From Prevotella sp. (GTDB lineage Bacteria > Bacteroidota > Bacteroidia > Bacteroidales > Bacteroidaceae): a stretch of 64,000 bases of DNA. The stretch lies in the NCBI GenBank assembly GCA_017479675.1, contig JAFVBX010000074.1, forward strand, positions 24,677 to 88,676, read 5' to 3'. Position 1 is the stretch's first letter; each line of letters begins with the position of its first letter. The translations under genes and the position numbers were made by a program. Below, piece by piece: positions 48,401 through 58,852 of this stretch. A model generated the notes under the pieces. That model was not told where the DNA came from, made no database searches, and worked only from the letters and a program-made list of their open reading frames with translations.

Positions 48401-48585
48401 GTGACTGCTACCTCGACATAAAGGAGCCAGTGAAGACAGATAAGTATGAGATACGCATGGTAGGCGCAGCAACCGTAAAGGAGGCTTTCGGCTCCATGAC
48501 CGAGCTTGCGGCAAAGACCAACGTCTCCACCAAGGCGTCGAAGTCAAACACCCTCTCGATAATTGAAATGGCATTCAACGAATAG
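45472..48585 (+). pseudogene. GH2 glycosidase interrupted by one in-frame TAA (46927-46929)
   Basis: ORFs 45472-46929 and 46954-48585 are in the same frame and read EYGGEML*VNKSAGKPMFMMEY across the stop. Confidence 0.85.
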
Positions 48586-48644
48586 AAATGGCATCCAACG
48601 AATAGAAATGGCATCCAACGAATAGAAATGGCATCCAACGCATA
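48565..48644 (+). repeat. 20-bp tandem repeat x4 (GAAATGGCATCCAACGAATA) overlapping the GH2 stop
   Basis: Units start at 48565, 48585, 48605 and 48625; no spacers. Confidence 0.92.
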
Positions 48645-48741
48645 GTTTTTGCGGATTAGAAATACGTCTTAAAACTTTTGTAGCATAGCTTCCTGCATAG
48701 GGAAGCTATGCTTTTTTGTATTAAACCAAACTGATTATAAA

Positions 48742-48829
48742 AACAAAATAGCCTAATTTGTTGAACAAAATAGCCTGATTTGTTTAACAAAGTAGCCTAA
48801 ATTGATTAACAAAATAGCCTATTTTGTTA
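48742..48829. repeat. 22-bp palindromic tandem repeat x4 (AACAAAATAG-C-CTATTTTGTT)
   Basis: Units start at 48742, 48764, 48786 and 48808. Confidence 0.9.
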
Positions 48830-49002
48830 TTCGCTTGCATTGCTTCTTGTGGTTAAAGGCATAGCTACGGGAAGCCGGAAACAATATAAAATGGTGCGCA
48901 AATACGAAAAAACAGCAGGAAAAGTTTGGCGATTAGGTTTTATTTGTATAATTTTGTACACGGAATAAACCCAAAAGACTACTAACTAATCTGAACGAAA
49001 CT

Positions 49003-52000
49003 ATGCGAGCAAGGCTCATCATTTGCTGTTTGCTGCTTGCCGTGACGTGTCATACACAGGCGGCACAACCCATCATCACGGCTCATCACTATACTACGGA
49101 CAACGGATTACCCGACAACAACGTGCGCTGCATGGTGCAGGACGACGACGGCTTTCTGTGGCTGGGCACCCTCTACGGCCTGTACCGCTTCGACGGACAT
49201 TCATACAGAAGTTTCCTTAGGACGTCGGAGGGCAACAACTCACTTATGCGCACCAACAGGGTGAAGGAGATAAAGAAACTGCCAGGAGGGCTGTTGCGCC
49301 TGCGCTTCAATACCGACCAGATGTCGTGCTACGACACAAAGAGGGATATGTTCGTGGAGTACAAGGACAGCGCGACATTCGCGGCACAGGAGAAGAAGCG
49401 CATAAAAAACCGCTTCACGGACAACCTGGGCAACGCCATAGTGTATGACAACGCAGGCAGCATAGAATATACCGACCGCAATACGGGCAGGAAACACCGT
49501 CTGAGAGTGATAAGCGACAGGCTGCTGAAGGCTACTACGGACTATAAGGTGAACGTGGTGACTGACAAGGAAGGCATGATATGGGTGAGCACCAACGGCG
49601 ACGGACTGTATCTCTATGACCCCAAGACGGAGGCGATGCGCCATATATCGGCAAAGGAGCGCAAAGACCTCATACCCTCTGACCGCATAGTGGCAATGAT
49701 ACTCGACCGCAACGGCGACGTGTGGGTGAGCAACGTATGGTACGGCTTGACGCGTCTGCACATAAACCATTCAAGGTATGAAGTGATAAGGGTAGGCGAA
49801 GAGCAGACATCGGAAAGCGAGGTGAGAGTGCTGTCGAGGCTGCCTGACGGCAACCTTGTGGCAGGCAAGAGCCGCGGAGCACTGGTGAGGGTATCAATGA
49901 AAGGCGGCGGGGGCGTAACCCCCTACGACAACATGCCGGCTGACGTGATATACAACTCGGTGGGCTATCTGCCCGACGGCTCACTTTGGGCTACTACGAC
50001 CAATAGCGGACTGTACCTGAAAGACCGCTTCTATTTAGGCAAAGAAAGGACAGACCGCGTGCTGACAGACAATAAAGGTCGCCTTTGGGTAGGCAGCATC
50101 AACGGACTCTTTGCCATGACCAAGCCCTATCCCGAGGGTAATGAGTCGTTCCGCAGGTTCTTCACTGACATAGCAAACTTCGAGGTACGCTGCATAAGGC
50201 AGGATGCCGAGGGCAGGCTGTGGCTGGGTACCAGCATCGGCGTGGTGACATTCTTGCCCGATCAGCTGATAAAGAACCCGAAGGCTTACGAGGTATATCC
50301 GCTGAAGACGGAAGCCTCGGAGCGTGTGAGGGTGACCTCAATATACGAGGACAACAGCCACCGCATCTGGGTGGGTACCTCGATGGACGGACTGTGGCGC
50401 AGCTACAGGAAGAAGGACGGAAAGTTAGGTTTTGAGAGTCTTGCCGGCAAGATAGTGACGAATGACAACATACAGAACATTACCCCCGACGGCAAAGGCA
50501 ACATCTGGATTTCGACGGAAGAGGGCTATGCCTGCTACGACCTGAAGGCAAACCGCACAAAGACATTCATGGTGGAGGGCAACAGGCTGCTGAACTACTG
50601 CAACGCCAACTGTGCCGTCGCGCTCGGCGACGGCAAGATGGCATTCGGCACGCTTGACGGCATACTGATTACCGATGCAAGCGGACTGGCAGAGCGCAAG
50701 ATACCGCACAAGGTGATGATAACGGGAATGTTGGTCAACGGACAGAACATAGAGCAGATGCAAGATAATTCGCCGCTGAAAGAGGCGAGTCTGTCAAACG
50801 TGGGAGAGATAAGGCTGACACACGACCAGAACTACTTGACGATACGCTTCTCAGACCTGATGTACGAGCAGTCGGAAAACACACGATACACCTACTGGCT
50901 CGAGGGCAACGGAGGGGAAACGGAATGGAATGCTCCTGCGGCGGCAAGCAGCGTGAACTACCAGAACCTTAGCCCTGGACGCTACGTGTTCCATGTGGCA
51001 GAGGTGGTAAACGGTGAGCGTGTGGCAGAAAACGAACTGGTGATAGTAATCGGTGAACCGTGGTGGAACACGTGGTGGGCTTACCTGATATACCTGTGTA
51101 TGGCAGCCGTGACAGGATATGTGCTGTTCATGAATGCGCGCGACAAGCTGCGCCTGAGGCAGAGGATACACGACGAGAAGATGCTCTCGGAATTCAAAAT
51201 GAAGTTCTTCACCAACGTGTCGCACGAGTTCCGCACGCCGCTGACGCTGATAATGTCGTCGATAGACAAACTGCAAGCCAATGCAAGCGGTATGTCATCG
51301 TCGCAGGCGAGCACGGTGAGCCTTCTCAAGAACAGCACGGAGCGCATGAAGAGGCTGATAGACCAGCTGCTGGAGTTCCGCAACATGGAGACGGGCAAGC
51401 TCAGTCTGAGGGTGCAGGAGACGGATGCGTGCGTGTTCATATATAATATATGGCAGCAGTTCCACGACATTAGCGACAGGCGCAGCATAAACTACACCTT
51501 CCAACAGGCAGAGAAGTCCATACCATGCTATATGGACCAGGGAAAGGTTGACAAGATAATGTTCAACCTTATATCAAACGCCTTCAAATATACTCCAGTG
51601 AAAGGGAGTATAGAAGTGACGGTTGGCACGGCAGGCGAGGAAGGCAGCAGAAGCGTGGTCGTCAGCGTGGCAGACAACGGCGTAGGAGTGCCTGAGGAGA
51701 AGAGGGCTACGCTCTTTGAGCAGGAAAGCTCCTCCAACATAGCCGGCGACTCTATGGGCATAGGACTTAACCTGGTGGCGGCTCTCGTAAAAGTACATCA
51801 TGGAACGATAAATTATACCCCCCCCACCGAGGGAAGCGGCTCAGTATTTACCTTGACACTGCCAATGGAGAAACAGGCGTACAAGGCTGACGAGTTCATA
51901 TCAGAGGAAGCACAACTGCTGAGTGACGGCGACGGTAAAGCCAACGAGGAGAGAGCGGGATATACGGAGAGGTATGTGGCGCAGACAAGTGCTGAACCGA

Positions 52001-52833
52001 TGAACGACAAGACTGTGCTGATAGCCGAGGATGACCTTGACATACTGGAGGTGCTGAAGGCTGAGCTGTCGCAGTATTTCACCGTTGTGACGGCACACGA
52101 CGGACAGGAGGCTATCGACATGCTTGAGGGCAAGGTGCCCGACCTGCTTATTACGGACTACCTGATGCCTAACAAGTCGGGATTCGAGGTGTTGCAGCAC
52201 GTGCGCAAGAGCGCATACAGGTATCTGCCAGTGATAATGCTCACGGCAGTGGATAGTGACCTCAACAAGCTGAAGGGCACGAAGCTCGGTGCCGATGCGT
52301 ATGTCACCAAACCGTTCTCCATGCCGCTGCTGATAGCACAATGCGTGCAGCTCATAAAGACGCGCAGCTACATGATGCTCGACTTCGGAAAAGCGGAGGC
52401 TGCCACCGACGACGCGGTGGGCAAGAAGGTTACGGAGATACAACTGAGAAACCAGATGAAGCTGCCCGAGGTGATAACGGAGGAACGCGACCGCCGACTC
52501 GTGGCACAGTTGGACTCATACATAGAGACACACATAGGCGACAGCGACCTCAACGTTGACAAGATAGCGGAAGCACTGGGCTACAGAAGGACTAACTTCT
52601 ACAATAAGATATCCACGTTGCTGGGATGCTCGCCCAAGGAGTATGTGCGCAAGCACCGCATAATGCGCGCGGCGGACATGCTGCAAGACGAAAAATACAC
52701 CATAGCGGAGGTGGCATACAAGCTGGGCTTCTCAAGTCCTCAGTATATGTCATCAGTGTTCAAGGCTTATTACGGCATGAGCCCATCGGAATACCAGAAG
52801 GGGGTGTCGGCAGAGGAAAAGAAAGAGCCTTAG
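49003..52833 (+). CDS. Hybrid two-component sensor-regulator (HTCS)
   Basis: Beta-propeller repeats, YYY domain, TM helix, SHEFRTPL HisKA, NLISNAFKYT ATPase, receiver domain and AraC HTH. Confidence 0.95.
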   Translation: MRARLIICCLLLAVTCHTQAAQPIITAHHYTTDNGLPDNNVRCMVQDDDGFLWLGTLYGLYRFDGHSYRSFLRTSEGNNSLMRTNRVKEIKKLPGGLLRLRFNTDQMSCYDTKRDMFVEYKDSATFAAQEKKRIKNRFTDNLGNAIVYDNAGSIEYTDRNTGRKHRLRVISDRLLKATTDYKVNVVTDKEGMIWVSTNGDGLYLYDPKTEAMRHISAKERKDLIPSDRIVAMILDRNGDVWVSNVWYGLTRLHINHSRYEVIRVGEEQTSESEVRVLSRLPDGNLVAGKSRGALVRVSMKGGGGVTPYDNMPADVIYNSVGYLPDGSLWATTTNSGLYLKDRFYLGKERTDRVLTDNKGRLWVGSINGLFAMTKPYPEGNESFRRFFTDIANFEVRCIRQDAEGRLWLGTSIGVVTFLPDQLIKNPKAYEVYPLKTEASERVRVTSIYEDNSHRIWVGTSMDGLWRSYRKKDGKLGFESLAGKIVTNDNIQNITPDGKGNIWISTEEGYACYDLKANRTKTFMVEGNRLLNYCNANCAVALGDGKMAFGTLDGILITDASGLAERKIPHKVMITGMLVNGQNIEQMQDNSPLKEASLSNVGEIRLTHDQNYLTIRFSDLMYEQSENTRYTYWLEGNGGETEWNAPAAASSVNYQNLSPGRYVFHVAEVVNGERVAENELVIVIGEPWWNTWWAYLIYLCMAAVTGYVLFMNARDKLRLRQRIHDEKMLSEFKMKFFTNVSHEFRTPLTLIMSSIDKLQANASGMSSSQASTVSLLKNSTERMKRLIDQLLEFRNMETGKLSLRVQETDACVFIYNIWQQFHDISDRRSINYTFQQAEKSIPCYMDQGKVDKIMFNLISNAFKYTPVKGSIEVTVGTAGEEGSRSVVVSVADNGVGVPEEKRATLFEQESSSNIAGDSMGIGLNLVAALVKVHHGTINYTPPTEGSGSVFTLTLPMEKQAYKADEFISEEAQLLSDGDGKANEERAGYTERYVAQTSAEPMNDKTVLIAEDDLDILEVLKAELSQYFTVVTAHDGQEAIDMLEGKVPDLLITDYLMPNKSGFEVLQHVRKSAYRYLPVIMLTAVDSDLNKLKGTKLGADAYVTKPFSMPLLIAQCVQLIKTRSYMMLDFGKAEAATDDAVGKKVTEIQLRNQMKLPEVITEERDRRLVAQLDSYIETHIGDSDLNVDKIAEALGYRRTNFYNKISTLLGCSPKEYVRKHRIMRAADMLQDEKYTIAEVAYKLGFSSPQYMSSVFKAYYGMSPSEYQKGVSAEEKKEP

Positions 52834-52958
52834 GGCGCGGCAGCGGACAAATTTATACAGGGTTGTACGCATTGAAGGGTGCGGTGTCGGTTTTTTTATG
52901 TAAGTTTGCCACAAAATAAACGGCATAACGAAACATAACATAAAAACCTACACCCATT

Positions 52959-55900
52959 ATGAAGAAAAAACTGACAACCCTATTATTGGCTCTATGTCCG
53001 ATGGTGCTTGCGGCAGCTCCAAATGTTTATTACGTTGCCACCAACGGCTCTGACAGCGGCACCGGCAGCAAGGAGGCTCCCTTCAAGACTTTTGGGAAGG
53101 CATACAGCACAATGGCGGCAGGTGACACGGTCTATTTCCGTGGCGGCACATACACCATCGCCGAGTCCGAAATCATGACGTCAGGCAGCGGGACGGGCGG
53201 CTACAGCTTTGTCTTTGACCTTGCCAAGACGGGTACTGCGACGGCACGCACCGTCTTTGCAGGTTATCCAGGGGAGCGTCCTGTCTTCGACTTCCAGAAT
53301 GTGAAGCCACAGAGCCGTGTGAGTGCTTTCTATCTGCACGGCAGCTATTTACACCTGAAAAACTTTGACATCGTCGGCGTGCAGGCTACCATGCACGGTC
53401 ATTATCAGAGTGAGTGCATATCGGCGCGCAACGGCTCCAACTGCATAGTGGAGGACATAGCCATGCACGACAATATGGCTATAGGCTATTACGCCATACG
53501 CGGCAGCAACAACCTCGTGAAAAACTGCGATGCCTACAACAACTATGACGACTATTCAGCCTTCAAGACCGATGAAGACTACAACAACTACAAAAGCACG
53601 GGCACGGTAGCGAACACGTCGGAGACCCTCGGCGGCAACTGTGACGGTTTCGGGATACACCTTATTAATAAAGATTATACGGGCAACCGCTTCGAGGGCT
53701 GCCGCGCATGGTGGAACAGCGACGACGGTTTCGACTGCATCAACAACCAGGCAGAGGTGGTATGGGATCACTGCTGGGCTTTCTACAACGGCTTTGAGCC
53801 GAACAGCAGCACCGCACGCGGCGACGGCAACGGCTTCAAGGCTGGAGGTTACGGCATGAGCATACCTTGCAGCGGATATGCCACCGACGCCAACGGCGAA
53901 CCGCTGATACCGCAAAACACCATTTCCTACTGCGTAGCATACGAGAATAAGGCAAATGGTTTCTACTCCAACCACCACCTGGGAGGAAACATCTGGAAGA
54001 ACAACACGGCTATATACAACGGCGTGGGCAGTTCTTCATCAAACTTCAACATGGTAAACCGTGACAGGGACAACATGGCTACGGCGGCTACCGACGTGGC
54101 TGGCTATGGTCACACGATAGAGAACTGCGTTTCGTATCTGCCTACAGGCACATCAGGGAGTCTGCGCCACTGGTCAAACATCGGCGAGTCATGCTCTCTG
54201 ACCAACAATGCCTCCATTGACAGCCAGGACAACAACGCCTTTGTTGACGGCGCACGGAAAGCGTGGGGCACGGCAGGAATAGAGCTTATGGCACCACGTA
54301 AGGCTGACGGTTCGTTGCCCGACATTACCTCATTCATGGTGGCAAAGGCTGGCGGCACGTTGTATGACAACAACCAGGGCGCTTTGTTCCAAAATACCGA
54401 TGAATATATAAGCTCCAACACCTTCCTGAAGTTCACAGAGGCAAAGACCTGGACGGAGGACTACACTCAAGACAAGTTCCTCATCCCTGCAGGCAGCACC
54501 ACCTCATACAATAAGGTAGTGGCACGCTCTGCACAGTATAGTGACGATAATGAAACTATTTCCTTCAGCCACTACAATGCAGAAATCTGTGGCAATCCGA
54601 CCAGCAGCAGCCAGACCACCGGACGCTACATTAAATTCTTCGTCAAAGGTCCTTGCACTATTGACGTGTTTGCCGAGTCAGCTACTTCTACCGACCGCGA
54701 CATTTACATCAGCGAGGGAAGTTACGGCAGCAGCGTCACTCCGCTTGCCTCCGCATCGTTCACGCAGAACAAGGTAGGCAAGATGTCTTACGAGTACACA
54801 GGAGAATACTCCAGTGCGCTGTATCTCTACTCTCCCTTGGGAGCTGTCTATCTATACGGTGTCCGCATAAGCTACCCTCTGTCAGATACGGAGACGGTGC
54901 CTGTATTTATCACGGCGGGGCAGTCAAATACCGCCGGACGATGCTATAACGAAAACCTTCCCGACTACATAAAGTCGCTCGGCGAGGCTAACGGCGGCGC
55001 ATACCAGTATTGCAACTGGAGCTATACCAACGGCTCAACGAGACGCAGCGAGAGCGAGGGCGTGTACCGCAAGTTCTGGCCTGAAATGGAGAGCGCCAAC
55101 AACTCAGGACGTTTTGCCTATGATGCCATCCTCTACTACTGGATAGAGAAAGCGCTGCAGAAAGACTTCTATGTGGTTAAGCATGCTATGGGGGGCACCT
55201 CCATCGACCCTACATGCACCAGTTCCAAGGATTACCATTGGAGTGCGGATGCCGCATGGCTCAGTGAGAACACCTCATGCAACGAGGGCGGACTGTCAAT
55301 GCTGAAAGCCCTGTGCAGCAACATCGACAAGAGTATCGATGCCATCACGGCAGCTGGCAAGGCTGCCGACATCAAGGCAATAGTATGGCATCAGGGCGAG
55401 AGCGACCGCACAGGTACAGGTCCTGACGGCTACCACGACAACCTCAAGGCTGTAGTGCAGTACATGCGTGACTATATTGTTGCTAAGACCGGCGACAGCA
55501 AGTATGCCACGTTGCCATTCATCTGTGGCACTGTACCACCTCAAAGCAAGCAGTATAATAAGAAGGTGTATGATGCTCTCTTCACCCTTGCTGAAGAGGA
55601 TGCTAACTTCCACGTCATAAAGAGCGAACCAGGCACATTCATCGGTGACGACCTCCATTTTGACGCTAACTGTGCCGAGCGCCTCGGTATAGGCATGTAC
55701 AACAAGATGGTGGAACTGAGCATCATTGAGGGCGAGACACAGACAGTGCCCGATGTCATCTACCCCGAGGGACAGCCCATAACACTCGACTTCAAGACGT
55801 GGACGGCGGCAAACGTGGGCGAGAAGTCTGCATATCAGGAGATTGTGCTCAGCACTGAGAGCATGACAGCCGCCGATGGAACAGCCATATACAAGGCTGT

Positions 55901-57902
55901 TAACAACAGTGGTGACGGCGACTTCTCCGAGTTTGCCGAGACATTCGCCTTGGCAGCAAACACCACTAACGGCAATAACAAGGTGCGGCTGCGCGGCAGC
56001 GTGGGACTGCAGCTGACGAGCAACCAGACCACCACGCTCTCAATACTGAACCTCCAGCCGGGCTATGGTGTCACCATAACCTTCGGTTCTGCTTCAGCAG
56101 GAACTACCGCCCTCTCCGCCCTGTCAGAGAATATCTTTGCCTCCGACGATGCTACCCAGACGGTATTGCCTAAGGGTACCGCACTGACCAGCAGTAGCGT
56201 GACATACATCGTGAAGAGCGGCACACAGATAGACCTCACCTTTGGCAGCACGGGCGGTCACTATATCAACTCTATCGTCATAACCCCCGATATGGTGGAG
56301 ATACAGCCAGAGGCTTCAGCTCCGATAGTCCACATGTGCGGCGACTCAATGATGTCCATCTATGGCGACGAGTCAACAGACACCTCTGCCAATGACACCT
56401 ATATCCAAGGAATGAGAGGATGGGGACAGTTTTTTCAGGATTACTTTACTGAGGAGTCCGGTGTCGTAGTTCAGGACTGGGCACATACGGGTACTACGGC
56501 AAAGGGTTTCTATAGCGGTGCCAACTACTGGGCTGTCGTGATGGGGACAAACACTATGAGCGATGCCTACAAGGCAGAGCGTCCTTACGTCAAGGACTTC
56601 GTACCGGTGAAGGAAGGCGACTATGTCATCATGTGCTGGGGGCACAACGACCAAAAGGGCGGTACGCTTCACAACGGCTACAAGACGTTAGACGAATCTG
56701 AATACCTCACCTATATAACGAAAATGGTGCAAGAGGTAAAGGCGAAGGGTGCCTATCCCATACTTGCCACCTCTATCTGCCGCAGCCTTTTCAGCGGCAA
56801 GACACTCACCCGTCTCGGAAAGATTGATGCCTGCGAGGCGGCAGGCGAGACACACTCCGACACAGATGATCCTTTCAACTACCCTGAGGCAATGCGTAAC
56901 TTGGCAACAGAGTTGGGAGTGCCATGCATAGACCTCAACCTTGCTTCACAAACATTGTGGGAAGACTTTGGTCCAGGTCTGACATCATCAGTATTCTTTG
57001 AGGGAGTAGGCTCAACTCACACTGCAGAGAAGGGCGCGCGAGCTATGGGTATTGCGGCAAACCTTGCCATTCGCTCTTGGGATACCACAACAGAAGCCTA
57101 TGCTGATTACGCTACCTTGCAGGCTGCCATGAAGACTGATGTGGAGCAGTATAAGAAAGAGGATTATGCTAGTGCGGAAACGACTGTTGCCACCGAGACG
57201 CTATGGACCTTTGAGGAGAGTGCTGATGGCACGACTACCTATAACTCAGGCGATGTAATAGCTTCAGCCTTACTTGACTATAACGGTCTGTATATGCGTG
57301 CATACGGCACCCATACCATGACAGCCGTCACCCCAGGCGTGTCAAAGGTTGTCTTTACTCTTACAGACAACAGCGAAAAGGAAATACCCGTAACTATGGC
57401 TGTTTCATCTTCCGGCAACACAAACTTCGTGTCAAACATTCCCGAGACGGCAGGCACGGCGACTTCCAACTACAGCGACCGAGCCTATGCCATCAACACG
57501 TCAGGAGCAGGCACACTGTACGTAAGCTTCTACTGCACTGGCAACGGAACAGAGACCAATCCTCGTTACGTACGTATGTCATTCAATGGTAGTGAGATAG
57601 AAGAGGTAAGACAAAATGTTACCAGCAAGAACAAGGAAGTCCAGCTGACATACCACGGCAGCGAAGCAGGTACATACTGTTTCTGGTCAGAGCCCACCTC
57701 CCAGCTCCTGGCAGTATATTACGTCCCCGACGACGACACCTCCGAAGACGACATGCACGAGGGCGATGACCAGCCTACGCAAATTGTCACTCCCTCGGCA
57801 TCACTGCGTGATGGCAAGCCCATGAAGTATTACGACGGAAAGAACATCATTATAATAAAAGGAGACAAGGCATACAGCCTCACGGGCATTATTATCCAAT
57901 AG
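52959..57902 (+). CDS. Multimodular secreted enzyme: PL9 lyase, SASA/CE6-like esterase, CE12-like esterase, beta-sandwich modules and T9SS-type tail
   Basis: YYVATNGSD, NSDDGFD and GDGNGFK (PL9); AGQSN, WHQGESD and DLHF (SASA/CE6); GDS, GWGQ and WGHND (CE12). Confidence 0.88.
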   Translation: MKKKLTTLLLALCPMVLAAAPNVYYVATNGSDSGTGSKEAPFKTFGKAYSTMAAGDTVYFRGGTYTIAESEIMTSGSGTGGYSFVFDLAKTGTATARTVFAGYPGERPVFDFQNVKPQSRVSAFYLHGSYLHLKNFDIVGVQATMHGHYQSECISARNGSNCIVEDIAMHDNMAIGYYAIRGSNNLVKNCDAYNNYDDYSAFKTDEDYNNYKSTGTVANTSETLGGNCDGFGIHLINKDYTGNRFEGCRAWWNSDDGFDCINNQAEVVWDHCWAFYNGFEPNSSTARGDGNGFKAGGYGMSIPCSGYATDANGEPLIPQNTISYCVAYENKANGFYSNHHLGGNIWKNNTAIYNGVGSSSSNFNMVNRDRDNMATAATDVAGYGHTIENCVSYLPTGTSGSLRHWSNIGESCSLTNNASIDSQDNNAFVDGARKAWGTAGIELMAPRKADGSLPDITSFMVAKAGGTLYDNNQGALFQNTDEYISSNTFLKFTEAKTWTEDYTQDKFLIPAGSTTSYNKVVARSAQYSDDNETISFSHYNAEICGNPTSSSQTTGRYIKFFVKGPCTIDVFAESATSTDRDIYISEGSYGSSVTPLASASFTQNKVGKMSYEYTGEYSSALYLYSPLGAVYLYGVRISYPLSDTETVPVFITAGQSNTAGRCYNENLPDYIKSLGEANGGAYQYCNWSYTNGSTRRSESEGVYRKFWPEMESANNSGRFAYDAILYYWIEKALQKDFYVVKHAMGGTSIDPTCTSSKDYHWSADAAWLSENTSCNEGGLSMLKALCSNIDKSIDAITAAGKAADIKAIVWHQGESDRTGTGPDGYHDNLKAVVQYMRDYIVAKTGDSKYATLPFICGTVPPQSKQYNKKVYDALFTLAEEDANFHVIKSEPGTFIGDDLHFDANCAERLGIGMYNKMVELSIIEGETQTVPDVIYPEGQPITLDFKTWTAANVGEKSAYQEIVLSTESMTAADGTAIYKAVNNSGDGDFSEFAETFALAANTTNGNNKVRLRGSVGLQLTSNQTTTLSILNLQPGYGVTITFGSASAGTTALSALSENIFASDDATQTVLPKGTALTSSSVTYIVKSGTQIDLTFGSTGGHYINSIVITPDMVEIQPEASAPIVHMCGDSMMSIYGDESTDTSANDTYIQGMRGWGQFFQDYFTEESGVVVQDWAHTGTTAKGFYSGANYWAVVMGTNTMSDAYKAERPYVKDFVPVKEGDYVIMCWGHNDQKGGTLHNGYKTLDESEYLTYITKMVQEVKAKGAYPILATSICRSLFSGKTLTRLGKIDACEAAGETHSDTDDPFNYPEAMRNLATELGVPCIDLNLASQTLWEDFGPGLTSSVFFEGVGSTHTAEKGARAMGIAANLAIRSWDTTTEAYADYATLQAAMKTDVEQYKKEDYASAETTVATETLWTFEESADGTTTYNSGDVIASALLDYNGLYMRAYGTHTMTAVTPGVSKVVFTLTDNSEKEIPVTMAVSSSGNTNFVSNIPETAGTATSNYSDRAYAINTSGAGTLYVSFYCTGNGTETNPRYVRMSFNGSEIEEVRQNVTSKNKEVQLTYHGSEAGTYCFWSEPTSQLLAVYYVPDDDTSEDDMHEGDDQPTQIVTPSASLRDGKPMKYYDGKNIIIIKGDKAYSLTGIIIQ

Positions 57903-57913
57903 ATATAAAAACA

Positions 57914-58852
57914 ATGACTACCAGGAGATACCTATTGATGGTAATGGTGCTGCTCGGCATTCTGGCTGCAAACGGACAGCCAGATGTCCGGGTAGCTAAA
58001 TACTACGGAGACCGCGAAGGAGCACTTACGTTTACTTTCGATGATGGTCTGGGCGAACACTATACTGAGGTGTTTCCACGCCTGAAGGCACTGGGACTGA
58101 AAGCCTCGTTTGGCATTATAGGCTCCAAGGTGGGAAGAGAATGGAAAGGTGTCGCCATGATGACGTGGGCACAACTGCGGGAAATGGCAGCCGACGGGCA
58201 AGAGATAACCAGTCATGGATACCGACATAACGCACTGATAAAACTGCAAGGCGAGGCACTGCGCTATGAGGTACAGCACAACGATACTCTGATAAGCGAC
58301 TCGGTGGGAGTGTTTCCACGTACATATTTCTATCCAGGTAACCGGAAGACCGATGAAGGCGTGGCATTCTGTTCACGACATCGCGTAGGAACACGTATGT
58401 TTCAAGGGAGCTTTGGATCTAAGCGTGACTCAGCCTGGGTACAGCGCACACTGCAACGGACGATTAAGAAACATGAGTGGACGGTATGGATGACCCACGG
58501 TATCAGCAAGGGCTACGACGCTTTTCCTGACCCGCAGCTGCTCTGGAACACCCTGCAACAAGTGGCGGGTATGCAAGATCAGCTATGGATATGCACACTG
58601 CACGACGGACTGGCATACGCTGCTGAGCGCGATACTGTACAGCTGGACATAAAGCAGAAAGGCGGCAAGCTAACAGTGACCCCATCAATGGCACTCGACA
58701 AAAGTCTGTTCTGCCATCCGCTCACACTCGTTATAGACTGTGACGTGGCAGAGGCACTTCAAGAACGTAAACGACTTGCCGTGAAGCATAACGGCAAAAA
58801 GTCGCTTGTTGACTTCAATCCACATGGAGGTACAATAACAATCATACAATGA
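57914..58852 (+). CDS. Polysaccharide deacetylase (CE4/NodB-like)
   Basis: TFDDG, EITSHGYRH and YPG motifs; signal peptide. Confidence 0.85.
   Translation: MTTRRYLLMVMVLLGILAANGQPDVRVAKYYGDREGALTFTFDDGLGEHYTEVFPRLKALGLKASFGIIGSKVGREWKGVAMMTWAQLREMAADGQEITSHGYRHNALIKLQGEALRYEVQHNDTLISDSVGVFPRTYFYPGNRKTDEGVAFCSRHRVGTRMFQGSFGSKRDSAWVQRTLQRTIKKHEWTVWMTHGISKGYDAFPDPQLLWNTLQQVAGMQDQLWICTLHDGLAYAAERDTVQLDIKQKGGKLTVTPSMALDKSLFCHPLTLVIDCDVAEALQERKRLAVKHNGKKSLVDFNPHGGTITIIQ

Noticed and set aside
48565-48829. Possible CRISPR array
   Set aside because: The repeats are contiguous with no unique spacers, and no cas genes are present.
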